Source of the DNA: Eledone cirrhosa
Lineage: Eukaryota
NCBI GenBank assembly: GCA_964016885.1
Contig: OZ024743.1
Coordinates: 77,500,001 to 77,564,000, forward strand
DNA: 64,000 nt
Direction: 5' to 3'
Both the position numbers and the translations under genes were made by a program. The number at the start of each line of letters is the position of its first letter. The first letter of the stretch is position 1. This document shows positions 1-13,076 of this stretch, piece after piece. The notes under the pieces are model-generated. The model saw nothing but the letters and a program-made list of their open reading frames with translations, was not told the origin of the DNA and searched no databases.

Positions 1-1180
1 ACCCAGTCCACTCTGTAAAGTGGTTATGTAGGTGTCATGACAAAAAACACCCAGTCCACACTGTAAAGTGGTTATGTAGGTGTCATGACAAAAAACACCC
101 AGTTCACACTGTGAAGTGGTTATGTAGGTGTCATGACAAAAAGCACCCAGTTCACTCTGTAAAGTGGTCATGTAGGTGTCATGACAAAAAACACCCAGTC
201 CACACTGTAAAGTGGTTATGTAGGTGTCATGACAAAAAGCACCCAGTCCACTCTGTAAAGTGGTTATGTAGGAGTCATGACAAAAAGCACCCAGTCCACA
301 CTGTAAAGTGGTCATGTAGGTGTCATGACAAAAAGCACCCAGTCCACTCTGTAAAGTGGTTATGTAGGTGTCATGACAAAAAACACCCAGTCCACACTGT
401 AAAGTGGTTATGTAGGTGTCGTGACAAAAAGCACCCAGTCCACACTGTAAAGTGGTTATGTAGGAGTCATGACAAAAAGCACCCAGTCCACACTGTAAAG
501 TGGTTATGTAGGTGTCACGACAAAAAGCACCCAGTCCACTCTGTAAAGTGGTTATGTAGGTGTCACGACAAAAAGCACCCAGTCCACACTGTTAAGTGGT
601 TATGTAGGAGTCATGACAAAAAGCACCCAGTCCACACTGTAAAGTGGTTATGTAGGTGTCACGACAAAAAGCACCCAGTCCACACTGTAAAGTGGTTATG
701 TAGGTGTCACGACAAAAAGCACCCAGTCCACTCTGTAAAGTGGTTATGTAGGTGTCACGACAAAAAGCACCCAGTCCACACTGTAAAGTGGTTATGTAGG
801 AGTCATGACAAAAAGCACCCAGTCCACACTGTAAAGTGGTTATGTAGGTGTCACGACAAAAAGCACCCAGTCCACTCTGTAAAGTGGTTATGTAGGTGTC
901 ACAACAAAAAGCACCCAGTCCACACTGTAAAGTGGTTATGTAGGTGTCGTGACAAAAAGCACCCAGTCCACACTGTAAAGTGGTTATGTAGGAGTCATGA
1001 CAAAAAGCACCCAGTCCACACTGTAAAGTGGTTATGTAGGTGTCACGACAAAAAGCACCCAGTCCACACTGTAAAGTGGTTATGTAGGTGTCACGACAAA
1101 AAGCACCCAGTCCACTCTGTAAAGTGGTTATGTAGGTGTCATGACAAAAAGCACCCAGTCCACACTGTAAAGTGGTTGAG
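1..1180. repeat. 48-bp minisatellite (about 24 copies, continues off the left edge), intronic in MRPS9
   Basis: Unit acccagtccacactgtaaagtggttatgtaggtgtcatgacaaaaagc repeats with period 48; the 358-aa ORF is just its translation. Confidence 0.97.
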
Positions 1181-1667
1181 TTGGTGACAGAAATTAAGTT
1201 TCTTTGGTTTGATCTAATGGTGGTCTTCTTACTTTAGCATAGAAAAACTTCCTCAATAAAAATAAAAGTTTAAAAAATGTCTCGTCTAATCCATGCCAAT
1301 ATGGAAAAGTGGATTGGATATAAAAAATTAAGGTTATGATGCCAAATGTCTTTTCCCTTGTTCAGCATTGGATAGAGAATTTTTTTGTCAAAGAGTTGAT
1401 AAAATCTGATTTGAAATTAAAAACAAAAATAAATTAAATTTATGCTTTTGCCGTTTTGTCTGAGGGGCACAGCCTCAATACAGCAACACCCTAGGCCCAG
1501 AGCCCATCACCCTCTCCCTTCCCTCTTCTTTCCCTTCTTTTCCATTTTCATAACCACAAAAGACACTTGAATATTCAATGTAAATCTGTGTTGTGTATTG
1601 AGTACTGTTTTTATTTGCTTATATATGTTCAATATTTGAATAAACCTTAAATTATATTTTTGTCTAG

Positions 1668-1743
1668 AAATTTAAAAAGCAGTGAATGGATTGACCTGGA
1701 CCATTTGAAACAAATGGTTTTAGAAAATCTTACTATCATCGAT
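1668..1743 (+). CDS. MRPS9: Mitochondrial ribosomal protein S9 (uS9m), internal coding exon; upstream exons are outside the window
   Basis: tgtctag|a...gat|gtaagt; encodes NLKSSEWIDLDHLKQMVLENLTIID, resembling the [21 protein letters not shown] segment of MRPS9; phase 0 into the next exon. Confidence 0.85.
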
Positions 1744-1843
1744 GTAAGTATAACTTACGTAGTATTATTTTACCGGTTTCAGTCATTAAACAGTGGTCAT
1801 GCTGGGGCACCATTGCTTGGTGCCCCAAAGATTTTGTTTGACC

Positions 1844-2100
1844 ATGAAGGTGTGTGGCTTTGTGGTAAGTGTGTTAGACTTACGATCATAGTGTTGTGGG
1901 TTTGATTCCTGGACTGGTTTGTGTGTACATTTCACATTGCTCCAGTCTACTCAGCTGAAAATAAGTACCAGCAATAGCTAGGGGTTTAACCCTGCAATGG
2001 ATTGGTGTCCTGTCCAGGGAAGAATCTTGTACTCTTAGTTGCTTCATGCCAAAATCTAGGATAAGCACCAGCCTGATGAACCTCTTGGCTCGCGACAGAC
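1844..2100 (+). mobile_element. tRNA-derived SINE
   Basis: tRNA-like head (gtggctttgtggtaag...gggtttgattcc) plus a ctcagctgaaaataagtacc core that recurs at about 13545 and 62810. Confidence 0.7.
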
Positions 2101-2109
2101 TTTAGTTGA

Positions 2110-2900
2110 ATCTTCGTAGGTCTTCTGCATGCAATGCCCAGGTCCTATTGCCATGCAACATTGCTGTTCGTATACATGCATCATACTGTCTGTCTTTCAT
2201 TTTGAGGAAAAAACCTTTTGTAGTTGGTAGAGGTAGTAACTCCTTGAACTTTCTCCAACCTTTTCTCACTTTGGCTACTGTGCTTTTGGAACACTCTCCT
2301 CCACTGCTAATTTAGTCACCCAGGTAACAGAAACTATCTACAACTTCTACAGAGCCCTCTGGCCATTTGAGGGTGATTGTGTTCTGAGAGCTCTTGCTAC
2401 TTACTGCTGCTGTACATCGGTCACATGTAAAACATTCTTTGTTAGCCTACTTCAGATTCCACTACAACTCTTGTGTACCCATGGTTTGCATTTGAGACAT
2501 AGGATGTAATTTCTACCTCCTTCTTTTCTATGCACTGAGCAAGGCCATTTCCCTGAGGGGACCTGGGCTCTGTTTTTAGTCTTTACCAAGTTGACTAAGA
2601 CCTTTTGATTCTAGGCCAATGCTTCCAGGTTTGGAATTCCTTCTCTAATTCAGCCATAGATTCAGCTATAAGGGTTAGTCCATCAGCATACAGAAGTTCC
2701 CATGGGCAGCCAGTTTTAAACTCCTCCGTTTAGCCTGCAGGACAATAATAAACAGGAGAGAGCTAAGAACTGAGCCCTGACGGACACCAACCTGCACACT
2801 AAATCCTTCACTATAGTCATTGTTAATTCTAACCTTGCTGTTCCTCTATACGTGGCTTGTATGTACAGCCATCACAAGCCACTCGTCTACTCCTAAGATC
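2110..2900 (-). mobile_element. Degenerate RTE-clade LINE reverse-transcriptase fragment
   Basis: Minus strand around 2640-2728 reads EEFKTGCPWELLYADGLTLIAESMAELEK (YADD-type motif, mutated). Confidence 0.7.
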
Positions 2901-2984
2901 ACTCCTGTACGTCTGGTCTTGGACTGTGACAACCTGTCCAACCCATGTCACATATAGGGGACAAGGCCACTAGGGTCCACATAT

Positions 2985-3200
2985 AGGGGAACAATACAAA
3001 GACAGTGGGGGGAGGGGGTTTACAATAAAATCAAGTAAAAACAATAAGATTACAACAATAAACATTCTCCAATAGGAGAACCACCCAGGGTGACTCAAGT
3101 ACCCCACCAATCCTGAACCACTTGACGCTTGAAGGGCAGCCAGGAAGGGCACTCCTCTCTTCCAGCAGCCTACAGGAGCATGGTCAAATAATAAACCCAC
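2985..3200 (-). mobile_element. Short 3'-UTR fragment of the Tx1/L1-clade LINE family found at 42480-47200
   Basis: Shares acaatacaaagacag, gtaccccaccaatcctgaacca and gcatggtc blocks with 42520-42780. Confidence 0.75.
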
Positions 3201-3257
3201 CACCACCCCCTACTGTTGTAATTATCTCTGATATTATTATTATTGTTGTTATTGCAG

Positions 3258-3383
3258 TACAACTACTTTATTAGGCTAATGGAGCGTCTTGTGGTCCAAC
3301 AATTCAGCTACACGGAAGAGGAATTCATTTTAAAATACAGAAAGAAATTTGAAAACCAACTTTCACAGATTCAGTTGGAAACA
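3258..3383 (+). CDS. MRPS9: MRPS9 internal coding exon
   Basis: ttgcag|tac...aca|gtaagt, 126 nt; YNYFIRLMERLVVQQFSYTEEEFILKYRKK resembles MRPS9 YMQFIRLLEKLL...EEEFVQRFRR. Confidence 0.93.
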
Positions 3384-3393
3384 GTAAGTTGTG

Positions 3394-3621
3394 TTAACCC
3401 TTTAGCATTTAAACCAGCCATATCTGGCCAGAATTCTCTCACATCTTTCTCTTCAAACTGGTTGTAACTGGTCCCTCATACAGATTTTTAGGTATTGTTC
3501 TCAACATAAATAATATCATATTGTCATAGATTCAATATTATATGTGATATTATATGAAATAAAGCTTTTACCACTAAAATACAATAGTATATATAGAGTA
3601 ATGTAAATGCTAAAGGGTTAA
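3394..3621. mobile_element. piggyBac-like MITE
   Basis: TTAA-CCCTTTAGCATTTA ... TAAATGCTAAAGGG-TTAA terminal inverted repeats with TTAA flanks. Confidence 0.8.
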
Positions 3622-4060
3622 AATATTGGATTTGACATTTCTAAACAGTCGTCTCATGTATAGTATGAAGGGATTTAATGTGGAGTTGACTCCTACTTTT
3701 GTAGTCTCGAGTCCCAAATAATAGAGGGGGGTGTTAGAAAATCAGTAATTTTTCTAGGTTGTCTCCATTGATTTTTAAAAACCAGAATTAGTTGTTTAGT
3801 TTACATATTGAGACACCAAACCATCCTATTTTTTTTTATAACATATCGGATTTCTTGTAATGTATTTTTTTGTTATTTTTTTAAGAAAAAAATTGAAAAA
3901 TGAATAGATTGGGACCCGAGAGTGATTCTAAATCTGATTTTGTTCAGTAAGTTTACACCTTGTGTTACTACATCTGTGACTTACATGAAACATGCATAGA
4001 ATGTTAAAAATATCCTCCATTATATTACAGATACTTCTCAGACTCAGAGAATATCAAATA

Positions 4061-6403
4061 TTGGGTTATGGCACATGTCTAACACTGGGTTATGGCACAT
4101 GTCTAACACTGGGGTATGGCACATGTGTAACACTGGGTTATGGCACATGTGTAACACTGGGTTATGGCACATGTGTAACACTGGGTTATGGCACATGTCT
4201 AACACTGGGGTATGGCACATGTCTAACACTGGGATATGGCACATGTGTAACACTGGGTTATGGCACATGTCTAACACTGGGGTATGGCACATGTCTAACA
4301 CTGGGATATGGCACATGTGTAACACTGGGTTATGGCACATGTCTAACACTGGGGTATGGCACATGTCTAACACTGGGATATGGCACATGTGTAACACTGG
4401 GTTATGGCACATGTGTAACACTGGGTTATGGCACATGTCTAACACTGGGGTATGGCACATGTCTAACACTGGGGTATGGCACATGTCTAACACTGGGGTA
4501 TGGCACATGTCTAACACTGGGATATGGCACATGTGTAACACTGGGTTATGGCACATGTCTAACACTGGGGTATGGCACATGTGTAACACTGGGTTATGGC
4601 ACATGTGTAACACTGGGGTATGGCACATGTCTAACACTGGGGTATGGCACATGTCTAACACTGGGATATGGCACATGTGTAACACTGGGTTATGGCACAT
4701 GTGTAACACTGGGTTATGGCACATGTCTAACACTGGGGTATGGCACATGTCTAACACTGGGGTATGGCACATGTCTAACACTGGGTTATGGCACATGTGT
4801 AACACTGGGTTATGGCACATGTGTAACACTGAGGTATGGCACATGTGTAACACTGGGGTATGGCACATGTGTAACACTGGGGTATGGCACATGTGTAACA
4901 CTGGGGTATGGCACATGTGTAACACTGGGTTATGGCACATGTGTAACACTGGAGTATGGCACATGTGTAACACTGGGTTATGGCATATGTGTAACACTGA
5001 GGTATGGCACATGTCTAACACTGGGGTATGGCACATGTCTAACACTGGGGTATGGCACATGTCTAACACTGGGGTATGGCACATGTGTAACACTGGGGTA
5101 TGGCACATGTCTAACACTGAGGCATGGCACATGTGTAACACTGGGGTATGGCACATGTCTAACACTGGGGTATGGCACATGTGTAACACTGGGGTATGGC
5201 ACATGTGTAACACTGGGGTATGGCACATGTCTAACACTGGGGTATGGCACATGTCTAACACTGGGATATGGCACATGTGTAACACTGGGTTATGGCACAT
5301 GTGTAACACTGGGTTATGGCACATGTCTAACACTGGGGTATGGCACATGTCTAACACTGGGGTATGGCACATGTCTAACACTGGGATATGGCACATGTGT
5401 AACACTGGGTTATGGCACATGTCTAACACTGGGGTATGGCACATGTCTAACACTGGGATATGGCACATGTGTAACACTGGGTTATGGCACATGTCTAACA
5501 CTGGGGTATGGCACATGTCTAACACTGGGATATGGCACATGTGTAACACTGGGTTATGGCACATGTGTAACACTGGGTTATGGCACATGTCTAACACTGG
5601 GGTATGGCACATGTCTAACACTGGGGTATGGCACATGTCTAACACTGGGTTATGGCACATGTGTAACACTGGGTTATGGCACATGTGTAACACTGAGGTA
5701 TGGCACATGTGTAACACTGGGGTATGGCACATGTGTAACACTGGGGTATGGCACATGTGTAACACTGGGGTATGGCACATGTGTAACACTGGGGTATGGC
5801 ACATGTGTAACACTGGGTTATGGCACATGTGTAACACTGGAGTATGGCACATGTGTAACACTGGGTTATGGCATATGTGTAACACTGAGGTATGGCACAT
5901 GTCTAACACTGGGGTATGGCACATGTCTAACACTGGGGTATGGCACATGTCTAACACTGGGGTATGGCACATGTGTAACACTGGGGTATGGCACATGTCT
6001 AACACTGAGGCATGGCACATGTGTAACACTGGGGTATGGCACATGTCTAACACTGGGGTATGGCACATGTCTAACACTGGGGTATGGCACATGTGTAACA
6101 CTGGGGTATGGCACATGTGTAACACTGGGGTATGGCACATGTCTAACACTGGGGTATGGCACATGTCTAACACTGGGGTATGGCACATGTGTAACACTGG
6201 GGTATGGCACATGTGTAACACTGGGGTATGGCACATGTGTAACACTGGGGTATGGCACATGTCTAACACTGGGGTATGGCACATGTCTAACACTGGGGTA
6301 TGGCACATGTGTAACACTGGGTTATGGCACATGTCTAACACTGGGGTATGGCACATGTCTAACACTGGGGTATGGCACATGTGTAACACAGGGTTTTGGC
6401 ACA
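4061..6403. repeat. 24-bp minisatellite (about 97 copies) with an 888-bp higher-order duplication
   Basis: Unit ctggggtatggcacatgtgtaaca; rare variants recur 888 bp apart (4951/5839, 5119/6007). Confidence 0.97.
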
Positions 6404-6454
6404 AGAAGGGTAGTTGAATGCTCACTTACATCAAGGGTTGGTTTTAACTCAAGA

Positions 6455-6908
6455 GTTGACACTCAATCTCTATCTTGTGTTAGTTGACACTCAATCTATA
6501 TCTTCTGTTAGTTGACACTCAATCTCTATCTTGTGTTAGTTGACAGTCAATCTATATGTTGTGTTAGTTGACAGTCAATCTATAGGTTGTGTTAGTTGTC
6601 AGTCAATCTATAGGTTGTGTTAGTTGTCAGTCAATCTATATGTTGTGTTAGTTGACAGTCAATCTATATGTTGTGTTAGTTGACAGTCAATCTATATCTT
6701 CTGTTAGTTGACACTCAATCTCTATCTTGTGTTAGTTGACAGTCAATCTATATGTTGTGTTAGTTGACAGTCAATCTATAGGTTGTGTTAGTTGACAGTC
6801 AATCTATATGTTGTGTTAGTTGTCAGTCAATCTATAGGTTGTGTTAGTTGTCAGTCAATCTATATGTTGTGTTAGTTGACAGTCAATCTATATCTTCTGT
6901 TAGTTGAC
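6455..6908. repeat. 28-bp minisatellite (about 16 copies)
   Basis: Unit gttgacagtcaatctatatgttgtgtta. Confidence 0.95.
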
Positions 6909-6938
6909 CTCTTATAAACTTATATTGATTTATTTCAG

Positions 6939-6981
6939 CCTGCTTATGGTGAAGATGGCCGCCAATATGTCAAAACTATAG
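6939..6981 (+). CDS. MRPS9: MRPS9 internal coding exon
   Basis: tttcag|cct...ata g|gtaatc, 43 nt; PAYGEDGRQYVKTI(G), equivalent to MRPS9 PVQYDEQGMAFSKSEG. Confidence 0.92.
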
Positions 6982-7101
6982 GTAATCTTCTGATTTTTAT
7001 GTTGCATCTACTTAGCTTTTGGTCTCTCTTATAAATGATTTCAATTGATTTCATCATCATAACACCACTATCACTGTTTAACGTCTATTTTTCATGCTTG
7101 C

Positions 7102-7249
7102 ATGGGTTAGACAGGTATGGGTTAGACAGGTATGAGTTAGACAGGTATGGGTTAGACAGGTATGGGTTAGACAGGTATGAGTTAGACAGGTATAGGTTAG
7201 ACAGGTATGGGTTAGACAGGTATAGGTTAGACAGGTATGGGTTAGACAG
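7102..7249. repeat. 15-bp minisatellite (about 10 copies)
   Basis: Unit atgggttagacaggt, expanded from the end of the common catgcttgcatgggt.ggac LINE/SINE tail. Confidence 0.9.
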
Positions 7250-7344
7250 AAACTATAATTATTATTATGTTGTTGCTGTTGATATTGTTCCTGTTATTGT
7301 TGTTAAAGTATATTCATAATTTTATGATTCTCTTCTCTCCCTAG

Positions 7345-7450
7345 GAAAAAGGAAATCCTGTTTGTCTTCTGTTACATTGTGGATACAAGGAACTGGAAAG
7401 TTTACAATTAATGGTGAAAACTTGCTATATTTTAGGTCAAAATCATCAAG
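7345..7450 (+). CDS. MRPS9: MRPS9 coding exon (start of the ribosomal S9 domain)
   Basis: ccctag|ga...ag|gtaaac, 106 nt; GKRKSCLSSVTLWIQGTGKFTINGENLLYF fits the S9 GKRK...G.G...ING motif. Confidence 0.96.
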
Positions 7451-7831
7451 GTAAACATTTTACATAAGAGACACCCTCATTTTTTTTAGTGTTGTCAACA
7501 ATATTTTTAATTGGGAAAAATCTTTGAACTGTATCTCGCTATGTTCTCAGTTTAACCCTTTCATCACAACATTTAATTATTTCATTACTAAGATAGTAAC
7601 TAAACCCTTTCATGGCCACATTTCTAATGAAATACTGTCTATTTTAATTAATGAAGAATTTTGAGGGATTTACTAAAGTTATTAATTATTTTGTTACTAA
7701 GATAGTAACTTAATGTAAGGTTCTTATATGAAATTATGTTGGAAGATTTTAATTTGAATTGGAAACATTTAAAATGGGTGGTTTTGTTTCATAGAACCAG
7801 AACTGTTTTGGCTGGGATGGTAACTAAAGGA

Positions 7832-8448
7832 TTAACCCTTTTGTTACCATATTTCTGATGAAATACACTACCTATTATTTTCAAATAATTTTTAAAATAT
7901 TCAAGAATTTGGAGTGATTTTATAATATAACCAACTTTATCATTATGAACCCTTTTGATTCGAAATCCCCTAAAATCACTCCTGGTTCTACTATACAAAT
8001 TTATTTGCTTCAACGTGTTTATATTTATCTAGAAACCTTGTACCATAATCTTATATAAGAATCTTTATTATGCTCCAAACACCATCATCATCGTTTTTAC
8101 ATCCATTTTTCCACACTTGCATGGGTCGGACGGGTCCTTCTCAGCCCAGTGTTTCTCCACACTTTGCGATCCTTTCTTATCTCCTCTGTGAGTCTCAGTG
8201 ATTTGAGGTCAGCTCTCACAACCTTTACCTAGGTCTTTCTTGGTCTAACTCTACTGCAACTTCCTTTCACTGGCATTTCTTGGCACTTCTTCACCCAATG
8301 ATCATTGTCCATACACATCACATGTCCAAACAACTTAATGAAAAAGTTAATTATATTTATAAATATTTTCAAATTCTTGATTATTTAAAAAATTATTTGA
8401 AACTCCTATGTAGTATTTTCATTAGAAATGTGGTAAGAAAAGGGTTAA
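7832..8448. mobile_element. piggyBac-like MITE with a nested RTE 3'-end fragment (about 8080-8335, minus)
   Basis: Long imperfect TIRs ttaacccttttgttaccatatttc...gaaatgtggtaagaaaagggttaa; related pieces at 7553-7835 and about 14065-14330. Confidence 0.7.
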
Positions 8449-9059
8449 GCTGTTGTTTGGAGCATAATGTAAGGTTTTTACTTAACTATAAACATAAGGT
8501 GTTGTAGTTTGTTTGAAGCATTGTGGAATATGGAGATAGAAATAAGAAATAAGTTTGGTTATTTGGAAGCCTGACAATGAGTGTTTGGTAAAAATACCTA
8601 GGTAATAAAAAAGTTGAGGAAAAAAGAAACACAGGGAAGTAAAGTAAAAGATTGAGGATGATAGAAAGTTACTGTAGTTATTTTTAATGATACCAAATAT
8701 TTTGGGATTTACCGTCCATTATCAAAGGGAGGGAGGGCTCAGAGAAAAACTTGAGAAATATCATGAAGGGCTGTTCGATTTACTACTTATTACCTTGACA
8801 TTTTTACCAAACACGCATTGTCAGGTTTCCAAATATCCAAACTTATTTCTTAGAACTATTTGTTTCAAATATAAACATTTAAAAATAGTTTTGAATCATG
8901 GAACCAGTGTCTAAGTTGTCGTCATCCTTTGATACTTGAAACAAATACCAGTAATACACCAAGGTAGTTTTAATTCCCCTGTCCTCCGCTGCCCCTACAA
9001 AATTTGAGTCATTATGCTAATGAAGGACATTGTTGTTTATTAGTAATGGTATTTTAAAG

Positions 9060-9440
9060 GGTGGTGGGTTTGCAGATCTGTTAGGACTCAAGACTTTGTG
9101 GCATTTAGTGATGATTTCTTAGATTCTCAGTTGAAATCCCGCTGAGGTCAACTTTGTGGCCTTTCATCCTTCTGGAGTTGATGAAATAAGGTACCAGTAA
9201 CGCACTGGTGTTGAAATAATTGACTTATTCCATCCTCCCAAATAACTGGCCTTCAGTCTAAATTAGAAAGCTTTATTAAAAGCCATTGGATTGGCAGTAT
9301 TGGTAGAACATCAGATAAAATATATTTGTTGTGGCCCTTTACATTCTGAGTTCAAATCCTGCCGAGGTCAACTTTGCCTTTCATCCTTATGGGGTCGATA
9401 AAATAAAGTACCATCGCAGTATTAGAGTTGAATTAATCAA
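9060..9440 (+). mobile_element. Two tandem tRNA-derived SINEs of an octopus-type family; other copies at about 19490-19590 (-), 47835-47960 (+) and 54460-54556 (-)
   Basis: Conserved tctgagttcaaatcc.gccgaggtcaactttgcctttcatcc...ggggtcgataaaataaagtacc core. Confidence 0.75.
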
Positions 9441-9527
9441 TATATAGTGTGTGATATGTTCACATGTTACTAGCCTAGTCCTCCTATGTCTCCTCACTTA
9501 AAAACATCTCTGTGGTCCCTGATTACG

Positions 9528-9806
9528 ACATGTTAGTACAACCAACTATAGTACATGTTAGTACAACCAACTATAGTACATGTTAGTATAACCAACTACT
9601 ACATGTTACTATAACCCACTATGCCACATGTTAGTATAACCAACTATACCACATGTTAGTATAACCAACTATGCCACATGTTAGTACAACCAACTATACC
9701 ACATGTTAGTATAACTAACTATACCACATGTTAGTATAATCAACTATCACATATTAGTATAACCAAATATGCCACATGTTAGTATAACCAACTATACCAC
9801 ATGTTA
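9528..9806. repeat. 25-bp minisatellite (about 11 copies) abutting a splice acceptor
   Basis: Unit acatgttagtataaccaactatacc. Confidence 0.9.
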
Positions 9807-9818
9807 TTGTTTATTTAG

Positions 9819-9988
9819 GACTCAGCTGCTGTTTCCACTTCAGTTTGTGAATAAAATTGGAGAAGTTGATGTGGAAGCTACAGTAGAAGGTGGAGGCCAT
9901 ACCAGTCAAGCTGGTTCCATTCGCTTTGCATTATCCAAGGCCATTGCCTCTTTCATGGACAGTGCAACAGTTGAGAAGATGAGACTTG
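9819..9988 (+). CDS. MRPS9: MRPS9 coding exon
   Basis: atttag|g...g|gtaaca, 170 nt; TQLLFPLQFVNKIGEVDVEATVEGGGHTSQAGSIRFALSKAI contains the S9 signature GGG..SQAG.IR.A.SKA. Confidence 0.98.
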
Positions 9989-10515
9989 GTAACACATTGT
10001 TTGCTTTTTCTTTACCTTTTATTTTAAATTTAGTTACATTCAGCTATGTGAAAGTTTGTGGCCTTGTGGTTAGGGTGCTGGACTCAAAATGATATGGTTG
10101 TAGAGTATGGGAATGTATCATCACCATCGTTTTTACATCCACTTTTCCATGCTTCCATGGGTTGGATGGGTCTTTCTCAGCACAGCATCACTCCACTTGT
10201 TCCTTCGTCATCTCCTCTGCCAGTCTTAGCAATTTGAGGACAGCTCTCACAACCTCTGCCCAGTTCTTTCTTGATCATTCTCTATTGTGACTTCCACAGA
10301 CTTCCTGGCATTTCTTGACCCATTGGTTAGTGTCCATGTGCATCACATGTCCATACCAATGCAGTTTTATTTTCCATGCTTGTATAGGTCAGAAGGGTTG
10401 TCATATTCTGTGGTTAAACAAGTCACATGACTATGTCTTGCTCATACGTTCCATTTTAGCATAGCTTGATGCCCTTCCTACTGCCAATTACTTCACAGCA
10501 TATACCAGATGCTTT

Positions 10516-13076
10516 TTCATGTGACACCCCCACTATTGTCTGACTGGAGTGGACTGAGAAGTAATACTCTGGTTCATGTGACACCCCCACTGTCATCTGA
10601 CTGGGTTGGACTGAGAAGTCCTGGTTCATGTGACACCCCCACTGTCATCTAACTGGGGTGGACTGAGAAGTCCTGGTTCATGTGACACCCCCACTGTCAT
10701 CTGACTGGGGTGGACTGAGAAGTCCTGGTTCATGTGACACCCCCACTGTCATCTAACTGGGGTGGACTGAGAAGTCCTGGTTCATGTGACACCCCCACTG
10801 TCATTTAACTGGGGTGGCCTGAGAAGTCCTGGTTCATGTGACACCCCCACTGTCATCTAACTGGGGTGGACTGAGAAGTCCTGGTTCATGTGACATCCCC
10901 ACTGTCATTTAACTGGGGTGGCCTGAGAAGTCCTGGTTCATGTGACACCCCCACTGTCATCTAACTTGGGTGGACTGAGAAGTCCTGGTTCATGTGACAC
11001 CCCCACTGTCATCTAACTGGGGTGGACTGAGAAGTCCTGGTTCATGTGACACCCCCACTGTCATCTGACTGGGGTGGACTGAGAAGTCCTGGTTCATGTG
11101 ACACCCCCACTGTCATCTGACTGGGGTGGACTGAGAAGTCCTGGTTCATGTGACACCCCCACTGTCATCTAACTGGGGTGGACTGAGAAGTCCTGGTTCA
11201 TGTGACACCCCCACTGTCATCTAACTGGGGTGGACTGAGAAGTCCTGGTTCATGTGACACCCCCACTGTCATCTAACTGGGGTGGACTGAGAAGTCCTGG
11301 TTCATGTGACACTCCCACTGTCATCTGACTGGGGTGGACTGAGAAGTCCTGGTTCATGTGACACACCCACTGTCATCTAACGGGTGGACTGAGAAGTCCT
11401 GGTTCATGTGACACCCCCACTGTCATCTTACTGGGGTGGACTGAGAAGTCCTGGTTCATGTGACACCCCCACTGTCATCTAACTGGGGTGGACTGAGAAG
11501 TCCTGGTTCATGTGACACTCCCACTGTCATCTAACTGGGGTGGACTGAGAAGTCCTGGTTCATGTGACACTCCCACTGTCATTTAACTGGGGTGGACTGA
11601 GAAGTCCTGGTTCATGTGACACTCCCACTGTCATTTAACTGGGGTGGACTGAGAAGTCCTGGTTCATGTGACACTCCCACTGTCATTTAACTGGGGTGGA
11701 CTGAGAAGTCCTGGTTCATGTGACACTCCCACTGTCATCTTACTGGGGTGGACTGAGAAGTCCTGGTTCATGTGACACCCCCACTGTCATCTAACTGGGG
11801 TGGACTGAGAAGTCCTGGTTCATGTGACACCCCCACTGTCATCTAACTGGGGTGGACTGAGAAGTCCTGGTTCATGTGACACCCCCACTGTCATCTAACT
11901 GGGGTGGACTGAGAAGTCCTGGTTCATGTGACACTCCCACTGTCATTTAACTGGGGTGGACTGAGAAGTCCTGGTTCATGTGACACTCCCACTGTCATCT
12001 AACTGGGGTGGACTGAGAAGTCCTGGTTCATGTGACACTCCCACTGTCATATAACTGGGGTGGACTGAGAAGTCCTGGTTCATGTGACACCCCCACTGTC
12101 ATCTGACTGGGGTGGACTGAGAAGTCCTGGTTCATGTGACACCCCCACTGTCATCTAACTGGGGTGGACTGAGAAGTCCTGGTTCATGTGACACTCCCAC
12201 TGTCATCTAACTGGGATGGACTGAGAAGTCCTGGTTCATGTGACACCCCCACTGTCATCTAACTGGGATGGACTGAGAAGTCCTGGTTCATGTGACACCC
12301 CCACTGTCATCTAACTTGGATGGACTGAGAAGTCCTGGTTCATGTGACACCCCCACTGTCATCTAACTGGGGTGGACTGAGAAGTCCTGGTTCATGTGAC
12401 ACTCCCACTGTCATCTAACTGGGGTGGACTGAGAAGTCCTGGTTCATGTGACACTCCCACTGTCATATAACTGGGGTGGACTGAGAAGTCCTGGTTCATG
12501 TGACACCCCCACTGTCATCTGACTGGGGTGGACTGAGAAGTCCTGGTTCATGTGACACCCCCACTGTCATCTAACTGGGGTGGACTGAGAAGTCCTGGTT
12601 CATGTGACACTCCCACTGTCATCTTACTGGGGTGGACTGAGAAGTCCTGGTTCATGTGACACCCCCACTGTCATCTAACTGGGGTGGACTGAGAAGTCCT
12701 GGTTCATGTGACACCCCCACTGTCATCTGACTGGGGTGGACTGAGAAGTCCTGGTTCATGTGACACCCCCACTGTCATCTTACTGGGGTGGACTGAGAAG
12801 TCCTGGTTCATGTGACACCCCCACTGTCATCTAACTGGGATGGACTGAGAAGTCCTGGTTCATGTGACACCCCCACTGTCATCTAACTGGGATGGACTGA
12901 GAAGTCCTGGTTCATGTGACACCCCCACTGTCATCTAACTTGGATGGACTGAGAAGTCCTGGTTCATGTGACACCCCCACTGTCATCTAACTGGGGTGGA
13001 CTGAGAAGTCCTGGTTCATGTGACACTCCCACTGTCATCAAACTGGGGTGGACTGAGAAGTAATACCCTGGTTCAT
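10516..13076. repeat. 52-bp minisatellite (about 49 copies)
   Basis: Unit ctggttcatgtgacacccccactgtcatctaactggggtggactgagaagtc. Confidence 0.97.

Noticed and set aside
1366-1440. Possible extra MRPS9 exon after ttgttcag
   Set aside because: No downstream donor before a stop and no recognisable similarity.
2070-2095. CTGATGA at 2073, and similarly at 7855
   Set aside because: Part of SINE or MITE sequence; no hammerhead stems or GAAA/NUH in register.
111-6487. Long ORFs of 358, 831, 793 and 780 aa
   Set aside because: Translations of 48-bp and 24-bp tandem repeats with stop-free frames, lying inside MRPS9 introns.
10516-13076. CRISPR-like regular array
   Set aside because: Whole units repeat with no unique spacers, there are no cas genes, and the context is a eukaryotic intron.
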